A stretch of DNA of 64,000 nt, from the IMG/VR virus record IMGVR_UViG_3300048893_000079, positions 1 to 64,000 of that record, one strand, 5' to 3'. Made by a program: the position numbers and the translations under genes. This DNA comes from a virus. Its lineage: Duplodnaviria; Caudoviricetes. Positions 23,992 through 33,807 of this stretch are shown here, piece by piece. Numbering within the stretch: the first letter of the stretch is position 1; each line of letters begins with the position of its first letter. The notes beneath the pieces were generated by a model. The model was not told the origin of the DNA. It did not search any database and saw nothing but the letters and a program-made list of their open reading frames with translations.

Positions 23992-25569
23992 ATGCGCGAA
24001 GAGCGCCAATACGAAGACTGGGAAGTCCTTGATCGTCGGCTAGTCGGCCGATGGGGTGAAGGGATCGCAGTTTGGTGGTTGGTGCTCGAAGAACAGAGCC
24101 CTCGCGGCATCTGGAGACCGTTCATCACCGAACTCGACGGTCAAACGATCAAGCAATGGCCCGATTGGATGCCGTTGCCGGGTTCGCAGTACCAATTTCT
24201 CACTTCGCCGGTCTTCGAGACGATGTACGCGGGTCCGCGCGGCACCGGCAAGTCTGAAATGCTCTTGATGGACTTCGCGAAGGATGTCGGCAAGGGCTTC
24301 GGCTCGAATTGGCGCGGAATTCTCTTCCGGCAGCAACTCGGCGACCTTGACGAGATGGTTCGCAAGACCGAGACGCTTTTCAAACCGATTTTTCCCGGAT
24401 TTCACTTCAAACTTTCGAAAGCGGACTACGCGGCGTGCTGGCCGAGCGGTGAGCAGCTTCTTTTCCGTCACATGCTCGACGAAACCGAGTACAAGGAATA
24501 TCACGGCCATCAATATCCGTGGATCGGTTGGGAAGAGCTTACGCAGTGGGGCGATCTCAAAGCGTACAAGCTCATGTTCTCGTGTTGCCGTCCAACTGGT
24601 CCCGGCGTGCCTGTTCGCATCCGCGTGAACACAAATCCGTCCGGCCCAGGCCACAACGTCGTGAAAAAGCGTTTTCAGTTGCCCGGAATGTTCGGCAAGA
24701 TCATTCGCGAGCCCGGCGAAGCTCCACGCGTCGCGATTCAGTCGTCACTCAAGGAAAATTTCGTCCTGCTGCACGAAATGCCGAACTATGCGCAAGTCGT
24801 GCGCTCCGCCGCGCTCTCGAAGGCGCAAGCCGACGCGTGGGCGACAGGAAACTGGGATGTCACCGAAGGCGGCATGATCGACGACCTCTGGCGCGCGAAT
24901 GTTCACGTCATTCCGAATTTGGTGTCAAAACAGATTCCCGCGAGTTGGAAATTCAGTCGTTCGTACGACCATGGTCAAGCAAAACCGTTTTCGGTGTTGT
25001 GGTGGGCCGAAAGCAACGGCGAGCCGATCAGATTGCCCGATGGACGCTGGATCGGACAAATTCGCGGCGATTTGCTTCTCTTCATGGAATGGTACGGCAC
25101 AAACGGTCAAGAAGACACCGGATTGCGTATGTCCACCGCGAAAATCGCGCAAGGCGTCAAAGATCGCGAACGCGACAACGGAATTTCGGCGCGCGTGCTC
25201 GGCGGACCCGCCGACACCGAACTTTGGTCAAAATCGAACCAAGGAACCGGCCGCGCGCCAATTGACGACTTTCAGGACAAGCAAGTGTTCTGGGATCAAG
25301 CCGACAAGTCGCACGGGTCGAGAAAACGTGGATGGACGCTTTTGCGCGAGCGCGTCGCGGGCTCGATCCCGAATTTCGACGGCACGCGTGAAAAACCCGG
25401 AATTTTTGTCTGCGTTCGCAACAAGCACTGGCTTGAACTCGTTCCGACGATGCCGCGCGCTCTCGATGACCCGGATGACATTCCGAAGACGTACGAGGAC
25501 CATCCGGCGGACTCGACGCGGTATAGACTGACTTGGGAGTTCATGGGAATGGCACGGAGGGATTTTTGA
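23992..25569 (+). CDS. terL: terminase large subunit
   Basis: Walker A YAGPRGTGKS, Walker B IGWEELT, NPSGPGH motif, SYDHG nuclease Asp, EDHPADSTRY. Confidence 0.95.
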   Translation: MREERQYEDWEVLDRRLVGRWGEGIAVWWLVLEEQSPRGIWRPFITELDGQTIKQWPDWMPLPGSQYQFLTSPVFETMYAGPRGTGKSEMLLMDFAKDVGKGFGSNWRGILFRQQLGDLDEMVRKTETLFKPIFPGFHFKLSKADYAACWPSGEQLLFRHMLDETEYKEYHGHQYPWIGWEELTQWGDLKAYKLMFSCCRPTGPGVPVRIRVNTNPSGPGHNVVKKRFQLPGMFGKIIREPGEAPRVAIQSSLKENFVLLHEMPNYAQVVRSAALSKAQADAWATGNWDVTEGGMIDDLWRANVHVIPNLVSKQIPASWKFSRSYDHGQAKPFSVLWWAESNGEPIRLPDGRWIGQIRGDLLLFMEWYGTNGQEDTGLRMSTAKIAQGVKDRERDNGISARVLGGPADTELWSKSNQGTGRAPIDDFQDKQVFWDQADKSHGSRKRGWTLLRERVAGSIPNFDGTREKPGIFVCVRNKHWLELVPTMPRALDDPDDIPKTYEDHPADSTRYRLTWEFMGMARRDF

Positions 25570-26129
25570 TGGAACGTGAGTTCAGTTACTTCGGCGAGTT
25601 CATGAAGGACCATTTTCGCGACTCCGTGACGCGAGACACGTTCGACATGCTCTGTGGCAAGCCACTAGGCTTCGGGATCGGCCGAATCGTGTTCGAGCAC
25701 GCGACGGACAAGTCGCTCGTGCTCAAGTTCGAAGAAAGTGCGGGCTCGTTCCAGAATATCCATGAATGGGATTTGTGGAAGCAGCATGCGCACGCTGGAA
25801 CATCGACAGCCGGTTGGTTGGCGCCGTGCGTTTCGATCTCGCCAAATGGCATTGTGCTGATCCAGAAACGGACGAAGAAGGTGCCGTGGGATTTCAAGTT
25901 GCCGAAGATGATACCGAATGTTCTCGACAGCGACTTGAAACGCGACAATTGGGGTCTCTACAAGGGCAAGCTCGTCTGTCACGACTACGGTCGGCACAAC
26001 GCGATTCACGCGGCTTCGAAGGCTCGCGGAAGCGGCAATATGGTCAAAGCCCGCTGGATCGACGCCAGCGCGCGGGGGTACTTCATCCCGGTCTACGGCA
26101 ATTCGGGCGCGACCGGCAAGGTGATCTAG
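25569..26129 (+). CDS. minimal Ser/Thr protein-kinase-like protein
   Basis: LGFGIGRIVF Gly loop, VLK, QNIHE, DLKRDN catalytic loop, HDYG. Confidence 0.75.
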   Translation: MEREFSYFGEFMKDHFRDSVTRDTFDMLCGKPLGFGIGRIVFEHATDKSLVLKFEESAGSFQNIHEWDLWKQHAHAGTSTAGWLAPCVSISPNGIVLIQKRTKKVPWDFKLPKMIPNVLDSDLKRDNWGLYKGKLVCHDYGRHNAIHAASKARGSGNMVKARWIDASARGYFIPVYGNSGATGKVI

Positions 26130-26136
26130 CCTCTGA

Positions 26137-26165
26137 TTGACAGAATTCGGCCATCGACCTACCCT
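26137..26165 (+). promoter_or_regulatory. promoter TTGACA-N17-TACCCT
   Basis: upstream of portal ATG 26191. Confidence 0.55.
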
Positions 26166-26190
26166 GGCCGCTCTCCCCAAGGGGTCGGAA

Positions 26191-27918
26191 ATGGCCAAGA
26201 ACGTCAAGCCTTCAGCGAAAGCAGCCGCCGCCGAACAGCCCGATCCGTCGGTGAAGTCGCTTGCGTATCTCGAAATGGAATCCAAGTGGGCGATGATTAT
26301 CACGCTCATGGGTGGCACTGATGCGATGCGCATGGCCGAGCGCACGTACCTCCCGCAGCACGCGGAAGAAAGCAACGAGAATTACAACGAGCGTCTGAAC
26401 CGCAATACGCTGTTCAATATGTTCGAGTTGACGCTCGACAGTCTTGTCGGCAAGCCGTTCGTTGAGCCGATCAAGCTGAACTCCGATGTGCCGGAAGAGA
26501 TCGCGAACGAAGACACTGGCTACTGGAAAAACATCGACCTCCAAGGCGCGAGCCTGACGAGCTTCGCACGCGAGTGGCTTCGTGATGCCATCGCAAAAGG
26601 TTTCTCGCACATCCTGATCGACATGCCGAAACTCGACCCGGCCGAGAAGGCGACGCGCACGCTCGAAGACGATCTCAAAGAAAACCGCCGTCCGTACTGG
26701 ACGCTAATTCGCCCGGAGAACATGCTCTTCGCGTACGCCATCGTGAAGAACGGCGTCGAAGTTCTTCAGCACGTTCGCATCGCGGAAGTCGAAACCGTGA
26801 TGGACGGCTTTAGGGAAGTCACGAAGCAGCGCATCCGCATTCTCGAACCCGGCCGTTGGGAGCTTTGGGAGCTTCGCAAAACCGACGAGCAGAAAGACCC
26901 GATTTGGGTGAAGATCGAAGAGGGCTTGTCCGATCTCGACTACATCCCGCTGGTGACGTTCTACGCGAACCGCTCCGGCTTCATGACATCCAAGCCGCCG
27001 CTGGAAGACCTCGCGCATTTGAACGTGCGTCACTGGCAGTCCACATCGGACCAAATCAACATTCTGACCGTGGCGCGTTTCCCGATGCTCGCGGTTTCCG
27101 GCGCGCAGATGGTGCAGGGTTCGCAAGAGAACATGGCCATCGGTCCGCGTCAGTTGCTTGCTACGCGCGACGCGAACGGCAAGTTCTACTACGTCGAGCA
27201 CACCGGCAAGGCGATTGGTGCCGGTGAAACCGATCTCGAAAAACTCGAAGACAAGATGGCTTCGTGGGGCGCCGAATTCCTGCGCCGCAAGATCGGTGGC
27301 CGCACAGCGACCGAGCGCGCGTTGGACTCCAGCGAAGCGATCTCGCCGTTGAAGGACATGAGCCTGCGCTTCATGGTCTCGGTCAATCAGGCGCTCAAGA
27401 TCACCGCCGACTGGATCAACAAGTCTGACGGCGGCACGTGCCTTATCAACACCGACTTCACCGAGGAAGACGCGAACACCGCTGCGATCAACACGCTGAC
27501 GGAAGCCCGCAAGCGCGGCGACATCTCGCGTTGGACTTGGCTGGAAGAAATGAAGCGCCTCGAAGTTCTGGCCGCCGACCTCGACACCGAGGAAGAGATG
27601 GATCAGATCGAGTGGGAAGCCACGAACCTTATCGTCAAGCCGAGCTTCGTCACGGCGAGCGAGCAGATTCGTTCGGTCGAGACCGTCAACAACGCAGACG
27701 ACAGCACCGCCACGGATATTCTCAACGACGTTCCGGGCGGCGGCGACGACAATACGGACAATCCTGCTGGTGGCAATACACCGGCAAAAGCTCCGTCAAC
27801 TTCGAAGCCCGCAGCAAAATCGAAACCCGGCACGTCGCCGAAGGGCGTGAAGAAAAAGAAAGTGCCGGTGGACATCAATCACCCGGTCAAGGGCAAAGCA
27901 AAGCTTATCGGATCGTAA
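26191..27918 (+). CDS. portal protein (DUF4055-like) with Lys/Pro-rich tail
   Basis: YLPQH..ES...YNERL; PPLEDLAHLNVRHWQ..SD; position after TerL. Confidence 0.9.
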   Translation: MAKNVKPSAKAAAAEQPDPSVKSLAYLEMESKWAMIITLMGGTDAMRMAERTYLPQHAEESNENYNERLNRNTLFNMFELTLDSLVGKPFVEPIKLNSDVPEEIANEDTGYWKNIDLQGASLTSFAREWLRDAIAKGFSHILIDMPKLDPAEKATRTLEDDLKENRRPYWTLIRPENMLFAYAIVKNGVEVLQHVRIAEVETVMDGFREVTKQRIRILEPGRWELWELRKTDEQKDPIWVKIEEGLSDLDYIPLVTFYANRSGFMTSKPPLEDLAHLNVRHWQSTSDQINILTVARFPMLAVSGAQMVQGSQENMAIGPRQLLATRDANGKFYYVEHTGKAIGAGETDLEKLEDKMASWGAEFLRRKIGGRTATERALDSSEAISPLKDMSLRFMVSVNQALKITADWINKSDGGTCLINTDFTEEDANTAAINTLTEARKRGDISRWTWLEEMKRLEVLAADLDTEEEMDQIEWEATNLIVKPSFVTASEQIRSVETVNNADDSTATDILNDVPGGGDDNTDNPAGGNTPAKAPSTSKPAAKSKPGTSPKGVKKKKVPVDINHPVKGKAKLIGS

Positions 27919-27936
27919 AGACCGTGGAGGGTCGTC

Positions 27937-28479
27937 ATGACGGTGATTGTGTGGGACGGCAAAGTTCTCGCTGCCGATAGCCGGTGTTCTGACACGCATC
28001 TCATGCATGTCACCAACGTCCGCAAAATCTTCAAGCTGAAGAACGGCGCGCTGCTCGGCACGGCGGGCGACAACGATGATCGCGATGTCCGCGCCATCCT
28101 CGCCACCGCTTCGCCGCGCAAGATGCCGCCGCGCGATAAGCTCGCTGCCACGAAGACGGCGTTCTCCGGGATCATGATTTTTCCGAAAGGCCACGTGTTC
28201 GTCATCGACATCGACTGGGAAGAGCACGAAAGTGAAGGAGAGTGGCGCGCGAGCGTGGATGCGATCAGCGAGAAGTTCGTCGCGGTCGGCCATGGTTCGC
28301 AATTCGCGTACGGCGCGCTCGAACACGGCGCCTCGGCGGCCGAAGCAGTTCGCGCCGCATGCAAGCGCGATTTGACTTGTGCGCTGCCGGTTCAGCAAGG
28401 GTCTTTCGAAGTGCCGCCTGCGCCTGAGATTCCGCCGGTCCCGTTGGCGAAGCCCAAGCCCAAGCGCGCGAAGAAGTGA
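27937..28479 (+). CDS. Ntn-hydrolase, HslV/proteasome beta-subunit-like protease
   Basis: M-T-VIV...LAADSR, RKIF, GTAG, AVGHG..FAYGAL, AV.AA...D. Confidence 0.8.
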   Translation: MTVIVWDGKVLAADSRCSDTHLMHVTNVRKIFKLKNGALLGTAGDNDDRDVRAILATASPRKMPPRDKLAATKTAFSGIMIFPKGHVFVIDIDWEEHESEGEWRASVDAISEKFVAVGHGSQFAYGALEHGASAAEAVRAACKRDLTCALPVQQGSFEVPPAPEIPPVPLAKPKPKRAKK

Positions 28480-28516
28480 TATTTGCTGAACAGCGAATAT
28501 GCGGTAAAATCGCGTT

Positions 28517-29098
28517 ATGACCAAAGCCATCACGACCACTCGCTCCAAAACTTACGAGATCGTTTCCGCCGATCAGAATTTCAGCGCGAAGCGCGCGAAG
28601 CTGTTCCTCCAACTTCTCGGAGAGATCGGCCGCGTTCCTGAAGCTGCGCAATTGGCTGGATTCAAAAATACGAACCCGCTGTACTATCGCAAGAAGACCG
28701 ACCAAGAATTCGCCATTGCGTGGGCCGAAGCGATTGAGCGCGCCGGAGATCGCTTCGAAGCCGAAGCCGTTCGTCGTGCGATCACCGGGGTCGAAGAGGA
28801 TGTCTACTATCAGGGCGAGATCGTCGGCCAAAAGACGAACTACTCCGATGGCCTTCTCGCGAAGCTTCTGGACGGCTCGAAGCCGGACAAGTACCAGCGC
28901 AAGCGCGATGCCGCCGCGCCGACGATCAATGTCCGCGTTGGCCTCGCTGTCGTGCCTATGACCAATCCCGGCCTTGAAGATTGGGAGAAAGGCAGCATCG
29001 AACTGCACCAAGGTCTTACGCAAGTCGTGGACGCCACCGCGACCCCTGTCGCGCCGGAGCCGCTGCCCTCGACCGCCCTCAAAGTCGTGCGGACTTGA
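28517..29098 (+). CDS. terS: terminase small subunit
   Basis: HTH-like N-term, EF...W.EA.E...LE.E...RRA..G...V...G......YSD.LL..LL....P.KY. Confidence 0.75.
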   Translation: MTKAITTTRSKTYEIVSADQNFSAKRAKLFLQLLGEIGRVPEAAQLAGFKNTNPLYYRKKTDQEFAIAWAEAIERAGDRFEAEAVRRAITGVEEDVYYQGEIVGQKTNYSDGLLAKLLDGSKPDKYQRKRDAAAPTINVRVGLAVVPMTNPGLEDWEKGSIELHQGLTQVVDATATPVAPEPLPSTALKVVRT

Positions 29099-29123
29099 CG
29101 GCCTGGGGATCGGCCCGTATTTT
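29095..29123 (+). promoter_or_regulatory. promoter TTGACG-N17-TATTTT
   Basis: overlaps TerS stop. Confidence 0.5.
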
Positions 29124-29150
29124 AGCTTTTGAACTATTTGGGTGATCCAA

Positions 29151-29381
29151 ATGTCCAAGATGCACGCAAAAATCCGCAACGCGCTCCCCGACAGCGACTT
29201 TGCTCTCATTGTCCACCACAACGGCAAAGAGATTCGTAAGTATCCCGACAACGATCTCCCGCATGCCCGCGATGCGCTTTCACGCGCAGCCGCAATCGGT
29301 GGCTCCACAGAAGCGAAGGTTGACCGCAAGGTCTACGCAAAGTATCCAGCACTGAAGAAGCGTCACGACGCACGGAAGTGA
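29151..29381 (+). CDS. small basic head-module protein (DUF6582-like)
   Basis: RKYP..D..HAR.AL.R motif. Confidence 0.7.
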   Translation: MSKMHAKIRNALPDSDFALIVHHNGKEIRKYPDNDLPHARDALSRAAAIGGSTEAKVDRKVYAKYPALKKRHDARK

Positions 29382-29448
29382 TGGTTGAGGACATCGTACA
29401 TCTCAGGGTGATCCTGGGCGGACGGTGATTGTCGGAAAGAGAACTACA

Positions 29449-30279
29449 ATGACCAAATTTGCAGAGACCGTCGATTCGCTCGACGGCGTTGCCGAAGAGT
29501 ATCGTCCCGCGTATGCGGCCGGTGCAGACGGCAAGTTCACACTCAAGCCGGAGTTCAAGCCGTTCGCGACCGCGATCACCGGTTTGAATGAAACGCTCGG
29601 TCGTACGGACTTCAACATGAAGAAGGCCCAGAAAGAAGCTGCGGATCGTCGCGGCGTGCTTCAGGCATTCGAAGAGTTGATGACCGCGCAGGGCATCACA
29701 GTCGAAGACGGCAAGGACGCGAAGGAAGCGTTGAAAGCCCACATCGACGATCTCGTTCTCAAAGCGAAGAACGGTGGCGAACTCAAAGTCAACATGGACG
29801 CGATCCGCAAGGACTTCGAGAAGAAAGCGAAAGAACTGACGGACCTCGCCGATGGCAAGATCAGCGTCATGTCGAAGTCGCTGGAGAAGTATCTCGTCGG
29901 CCAGCAAGCCAACGCGGCACTCGCGAAGGCCAAGGGGTCGGTCGATCTTCTGCTCCCCATCGTGCGCAGCCAAGTTAAGGTCGTGCAGGACGGCGAGGAC
30001 TACGTGGTCCGCGTCGTTGATCCGAAAACCGGCGACGTTCGCACGGACGGAAAGGGCGGCTTCCTTGACATCGAAGGTCTCGTCGCCGAGATGAAGCTGA
30101 ACACGACGTATGCCCGCGCTTTTGAAAGCGAAACCAAGGGCGGCGGCGGTGCGCAGCAGCAGAAAAATAACTCGCAAACTCGCACGGTTACGGATCGGGA
30201 CAAGATGACCCCGACCCAGAAAATCGCGGCCGGTTTGACGAAGGGCCAAGTCGAGCACGGACTGGGCCGTCAGAAGTAA
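29449..30279 (+). CDS. capsid scaffolding protein
   Basis: coiled coil, ...FESE.KGGGG, MTPTQKIAAGL C-terminus; directly before capsid. Confidence 0.8.
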   Translation: MTKFAETVDSLDGVAEEYRPAYAAGADGKFTLKPEFKPFATAITGLNETLGRTDFNMKKAQKEAADRRGVLQAFEELMTAQGITVEDGKDAKEALKAHIDDLVLKAKNGGELKVNMDAIRKDFEKKAKELTDLADGKISVMSKSLEKYLVGQQANAALAKAKGSVDLLLPIVRSQVKVVQDGEDYVVRVVDPKTGDVRTDGKGGFLDIEGLVAEMKLNTTYARAFESETKGGGGAQQQKNNSQTRTVTDRDKMTPTQKIAAGLTKGQVEHGLGRQK

Positions 30280-30302
30280 AAGGATCATGCTAGGGGGCGG
30301 GG

Positions 30303-30331
30303 TTGACAGGAGTTTTCCTTGCCCCCATCAT
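30303..30331 (+). promoter_or_regulatory. capsid promoter TTGACA-N17-CATCAT (CCCCCATCAT)
   Basis: about 160-nt leader follows. Confidence 0.65.
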
Positions 30332-30497
30332 GATCTCGAATTTCGGTGCTCCGTAGTTCATTCACCGTGATGGTGAGGGATGAAAGAGCGGGTCGATTCT
30401 TCGACGGGTGATCCGCCGAGATCGCGCAAGAAGTCCCAACTGGGAGCCTCTGGCCGGTGTCGTTGAAAAGTTTTTTGGATCAACCAGGAGAAAGACC

Positions 30498-31475
30498 ATG
30501 ACCTCAGTTACCCTCACGGAATCCGCCAAGCTGGCTCAGGACGAGCTTGTCGCAGGCGTGATCGAGAACATCATCACCGTCAATCGCATGTACGAAAAGA
30601 TTCCGTTCGACGGGATCGAGGGTAACGCCCTCGCGTACAACCGCGAGAATTCGCTTGGCCCGGTTGCGACCGTTGGCGTTGGCGACACGGACGGCACACT
30701 CGGCGCATTCGCGACGGGCGGTGTCAACCAGACGGAACGCGAAGCCGCGAAAGACCCGGCGACGTTCACCCATCTGACCTCCTCGCTCACCACGATCATC
30801 GGTGACGCGGAAGTCAACGGTCTGATCCAGGCAACTCGTTCCGGCGACGGCAACGACCAGACTGCGATCCAGATCGCGTCGAAGGCGAAGGCGGCTGGCC
30901 GCAAGTGGCAAGACCTCTTCATCAACGGCGACGGCACGAACGCGACGTTCCCCGGCCTGCTCGCGCTGGCCTCGGCCAACCAAGAAGTTGATACCGGCTC
31001 GGCTGGTTCCAACCTCTCGTTCGACATCATCGACAACCTGACCGACCTCGTGGTCGATAAGGACGGCGAAGTCGATTACCTCGCGATGCATGCCCGCACG
31101 ATCCGCAGCTTCAAGGCGCTGCTTCGTGCGCTCGGCGGCGCCCACATCACGGAAGTGATGGAACTGCCTTCCGGTGCGACGGTTCCCGTCTACCTCGGCA
31201 TTCCGATCTTCCGTAATGACTGGATTCCGCTGAACCAGGACACCCCGGACGCGTCGTACCACGTGGCGACCACGATCTTCGCCGGTACGTTCGACGACGG
31301 CTCACGCCAGCACGGCGTTGCCGGTCTGACCGCCAGCGAAGCCGCTGGTATCCACATCGTCGATGTCGGCGAGTCGGAACGTCAGGACGTTCGCATCTGG
31401 CGCATCAAGTGGTACACCGGTCTCGCTCTGTTCAGCGAGAAGGGTTTGGCCATCGCGCCGGGCATCAAGAACTAA
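30498..31475 (+). CDS. major capsid protein (HK97 fold)
   Basis: TL.ESAKL..D.L..GVIE, GNALAYNRE, RIKWY.GLALF; strong AGGAG RBS. Confidence 0.92.
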   Translation: MTSVTLTESAKLAQDELVAGVIENIITVNRMYEKIPFDGIEGNALAYNRENSLGPVATVGVGDTDGTLGAFATGGVNQTEREAAKDPATFTHLTSSLTTIIGDAEVNGLIQATRSGDGNDQTAIQIASKAKAAGRKWQDLFINGDGTNATFPGLLALASANQEVDTGSAGSNLSFDIIDNLTDLVVDKDGEVDYLAMHARTIRSFKALLRALGGAHITEVMELPSGATVPVYLGIPIFRNDWIPLNQDTPDASYHVATTIFAGTFDDGSRQHGVAGLTASEAAGIHIVDVGESERQDVRIWRIKWYTGLALFSEKGLAIAPGIKN

Positions 31476-31480
31476 GACCC

Positions 31481-31525
31481 ACGAAACGGGGGAGCCCAAA
31501 AAGCTCCCCCTCTTCGTTTCTGGGT
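31481..31525 (+). terminator. intrinsic terminator after capsid
   Basis: GGGGGAGC-ccaaaaa-GCTCCCCC then T-rich tract. Confidence 0.75.
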
Positions 31526-31553
31526 TTTCCTTGCCTCCTTGCTGGAGTCAGCC

Positions 31554-32537
31554 ATGACCGCAACTCCGTACCTCCTCCAATTGCCCGATCCCGACACGTC
31601 GCCCGCACCTTCGGACGGCCCTGATACTTTCGTGGTCGTGGCTGAGTCCAGCGCAGACGCAAAAGCTTTCGTGCAAAATTTTGCCAGCCGCAAGGTTTGG
31701 GCGAATGTCACACCGGCAACGCTCGCCGAAGCGGCGGATATGTCCGGCTGGAGCCTGCGCGTTGCAGTCTTCAATCCGAGCGACGATTCCAGCTATCTCG
31801 ACATCACGGTCACGAACGCCAACCAGATCGAGCGCGTTGTGCTCGCGTCCGGCGTTCTGACATCAAGCTCGAACTACGGCACGAGCGATACTGTCACCAT
31901 CGGCACTCGCGTTTACAGCTTCGTCGCCAGCCCGGCCGTGGACGGCGACGTGAAGATCGGCGGCACAGAAGCCGCGTCGATTCTCAATCTCGTTCATGCG
32001 ATCAACGGTTCGGGCGGCACGCCTGGGACCGACTACGTGGTCACGGCACCTGATCCGAACGTCACCGCAGTGGCGGCTTCCCACACCGCGACAGTCACCG
32101 CGCGCTCCACGCTCAATGCAGCCACCGCGAATGCGGTTGCGACCACAGCATCCATGACGACCGGCAACGGCGCGTGGGGCTCGGCCACATTGACCGGTGG
32201 AGTGGATAGCGAGAACAAGGTGTCCTCGTTGGCCGAACTCATGGTTGCCGCGCTCCTGCCCGCGCTGCACGCATCGTTCGACAACAGCACGCACACGCTG
32301 ACGATTTCCACGATTGCCGACAACATCGGCGATCACAAGGTTCATGTCGAAGTTGTGCCTCCGCAACTCAATCCCGTTTCTCCGACTGGTGTTGCGACGA
32401 AGGCTGGCCAGAGTGTGCCCGGCTTCGTCAGCACGATCACGGACGGTGGCATTGCGGGTGCTGCGCTCACAGTCATTCTCGCTGCCGACACATACGGCGT
32501 TCCTAAACTGGTGGTGCAGGCGCGCGTTTTGCAGTAA
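31554..32537 (+). CDS. virion structural protein (head decoration/fibre) with inserted shared module
   Basis: Thr/Ala/Val-rich; position after capsid; module shared with 34495 and 36379 genes. Confidence 0.75.
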   Translation: MTATPYLLQLPDPDTSPAPSDGPDTFVVVAESSADAKAFVQNFASRKVWANVTPATLAEAADMSGWSLRVAVFNPSDDSSYLDITVTNANQIERVVLASGVLTSSSNYGTSDTVTIGTRVYSFVASPAVDGDVKIGGTEAASILNLVHAINGSGGTPGTDYVVTAPDPNVTAVAASHTATVTARSTLNAATANAVATTASMTTGNGAWGSATLTGGVDSENKVSSLAELMVAALLPALHASFDNSTHTLTISTIADNIGDHKVHVEVVPPQLNPVSPTGVATKAGQSVPGFVSTITDGGIAGAALTVILAADTYGVPKLVVQARVLQ

Positions 32538-32564
32538 CAAGTTCAACAGTCCTGGGAGGGTCTA

Positions 32565-33212
32565 ATGTTGCAACGTGGCCAAACAATCGAGATGGTTCTG
32601 ACGGGCGGTCGCGCCGGTCAAACAGTTCTGCTCAACAAGCATTCGTTCGTGAAGGGCGTTTGCAAAGTCTATGTGTACCCAGAAAGCTTCGACGCCTTCT
32701 TGACACTCATGGCCCGTTCGTATCATGCTTATCCGCGTGGGTCGCACGCTTTGGCGGCGGCTATCGAGAGAGACGAGAAAAATGGCATTCAGCATCATCT
32801 TCAAGAAGATTCCGCGCCGACTGACGGGGCACCAGCAGCAATACAAAGTGCTGGCGGAACTGCGTCCGGGTCGGTTCCCGATCCACGAGCACTACACGGC
32901 AGCGCAGATGATGCAAATCCGTCCGGGAGTGAGGGGTTGGTTTCCGGTGGGGCTGGACACGCGGACGCCGGGGTGGGCGAAAGAGTGGAACCCGACCCGC
33001 AACAGCAATCCATCGCCCTAATGCACGCCATTCAAACGGCGGTGCAAAAGCTCGATCCGACCGTGCCGGAGCAGTGGACCGAAGACGGTTTGCCTTCAGT
33101 CGATTACGTGGCTCTGGCTGTGCAGGACCAGTCTGTCACACGCGAGATGATTTCGGCCGCGTGCCCCGGTTTCGACAAGCGTCAGGCCGAGGACTTGCAG
33201 CCCCAGTTTTGA
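32565..33212 (+). CDS. virion-associated protein
   Basis: C-terminal LDP...QWT.DG.P motif seen in siphovirus head modules. Confidence 0.75.
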   Translation: MLQRGQTIEMVLTGGRAGQTVLLNKHSFVKGVCKVYVYPESFDAFLTLMARSYHAYPRGSHALAAAIERDEKNGIQHHLQEDSAPTDGAPAAIQSAGGTASGSVPDPRALHGSADDANPSGSEGLVSGGAGHADAGVGERVEPDPQQQSIALMHAIQTAVQKLDPTVPEQWTEDGLPSVDYVALAVQDQSVTREMISAACPGFDKRQAEDLQPQF

Positions 33213-33256
33213 GGGTGTAGGCTGATCGCCTAACCCGAATTTTGTGGAGCATCCCG

Positions 33257-33493
33257 ATGGCCAAGATGTATACCCCGGACAACAAGCCTTCCGAGCAGCC
33301 TGTGTCGCGCGGCATGTTCCAGACCTCGCACGGCAAGACGCCGCTCTTGATGGACCGCCAACTCAATCAGCGCGATCCGGTTCCGAGCGTTCCGAAGAAC
33401 GTCGCGGTCACGGAGAACGTGAAGTGCAAAGCCAATCGTAACGACCGCACGTACATGGTCGGCAACGATTGCGACAACGCCGAGAAGATGTAA
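33257..33493 (+). CDS. hypothetical protein
   Basis: GGAG RBS. Confidence 0.65.
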   Translation: MAKMYTPDNKPSEQPVSRGMFQTSHGKTPLLMDRQLNQRDPVPSVPKNVAVTENVKCKANRNDRTYMVGNDCDNAEKM

Positions 33494-33498
33494 GCGTC

Positions 33499-33807
33499 AT
33501 GGCCGCGATCAAGAATCGTATCGACCCCCGGAAGCACGACGGCCACGGCACGAACTCCGAGCCGCTTATGACCGGTCATGGTGCTCCGGCTTCAGCAAGC
33601 GGTCGCGGCAACGAACCGATGCCGAGCACCGGCAAGATTCTCGCGAACAACTGGGGCGCGCAGCGTCTCAAGAAACTGGGATCGACCGTTGGCGCGACGC
33701 AGCCCGGTACGGGCCAGGATCGTTTCACTCGCCCGATTGACTCGGCCACGGCCCAAATTCCTCCGGCCGGTCTCGGCAATCCTCGCGGTCAGCGGAGCAT
33801 GGACTAA
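33499..33807 (+). CDS. hypothetical low-complexity protein
   Basis: track ORF, operon context. Confidence 0.6.
   Translation: MAAIKNRIDPRKHDGHGTNSEPLMTGHGAPASASGRGNEPMPSTGKILANNWGAQRLKKLGSTVGATQPGTGQDRFTRPIDSATAQIPPAGLGNPRGQRSMD

Noticed and set aside
23992-25569. Intein, intron or homing endonuclease in TerL
   Set aside because: Length is normal (525 aa), motifs are contiguous, and there are no splicing or HNH/LAGLIDADG signatures.
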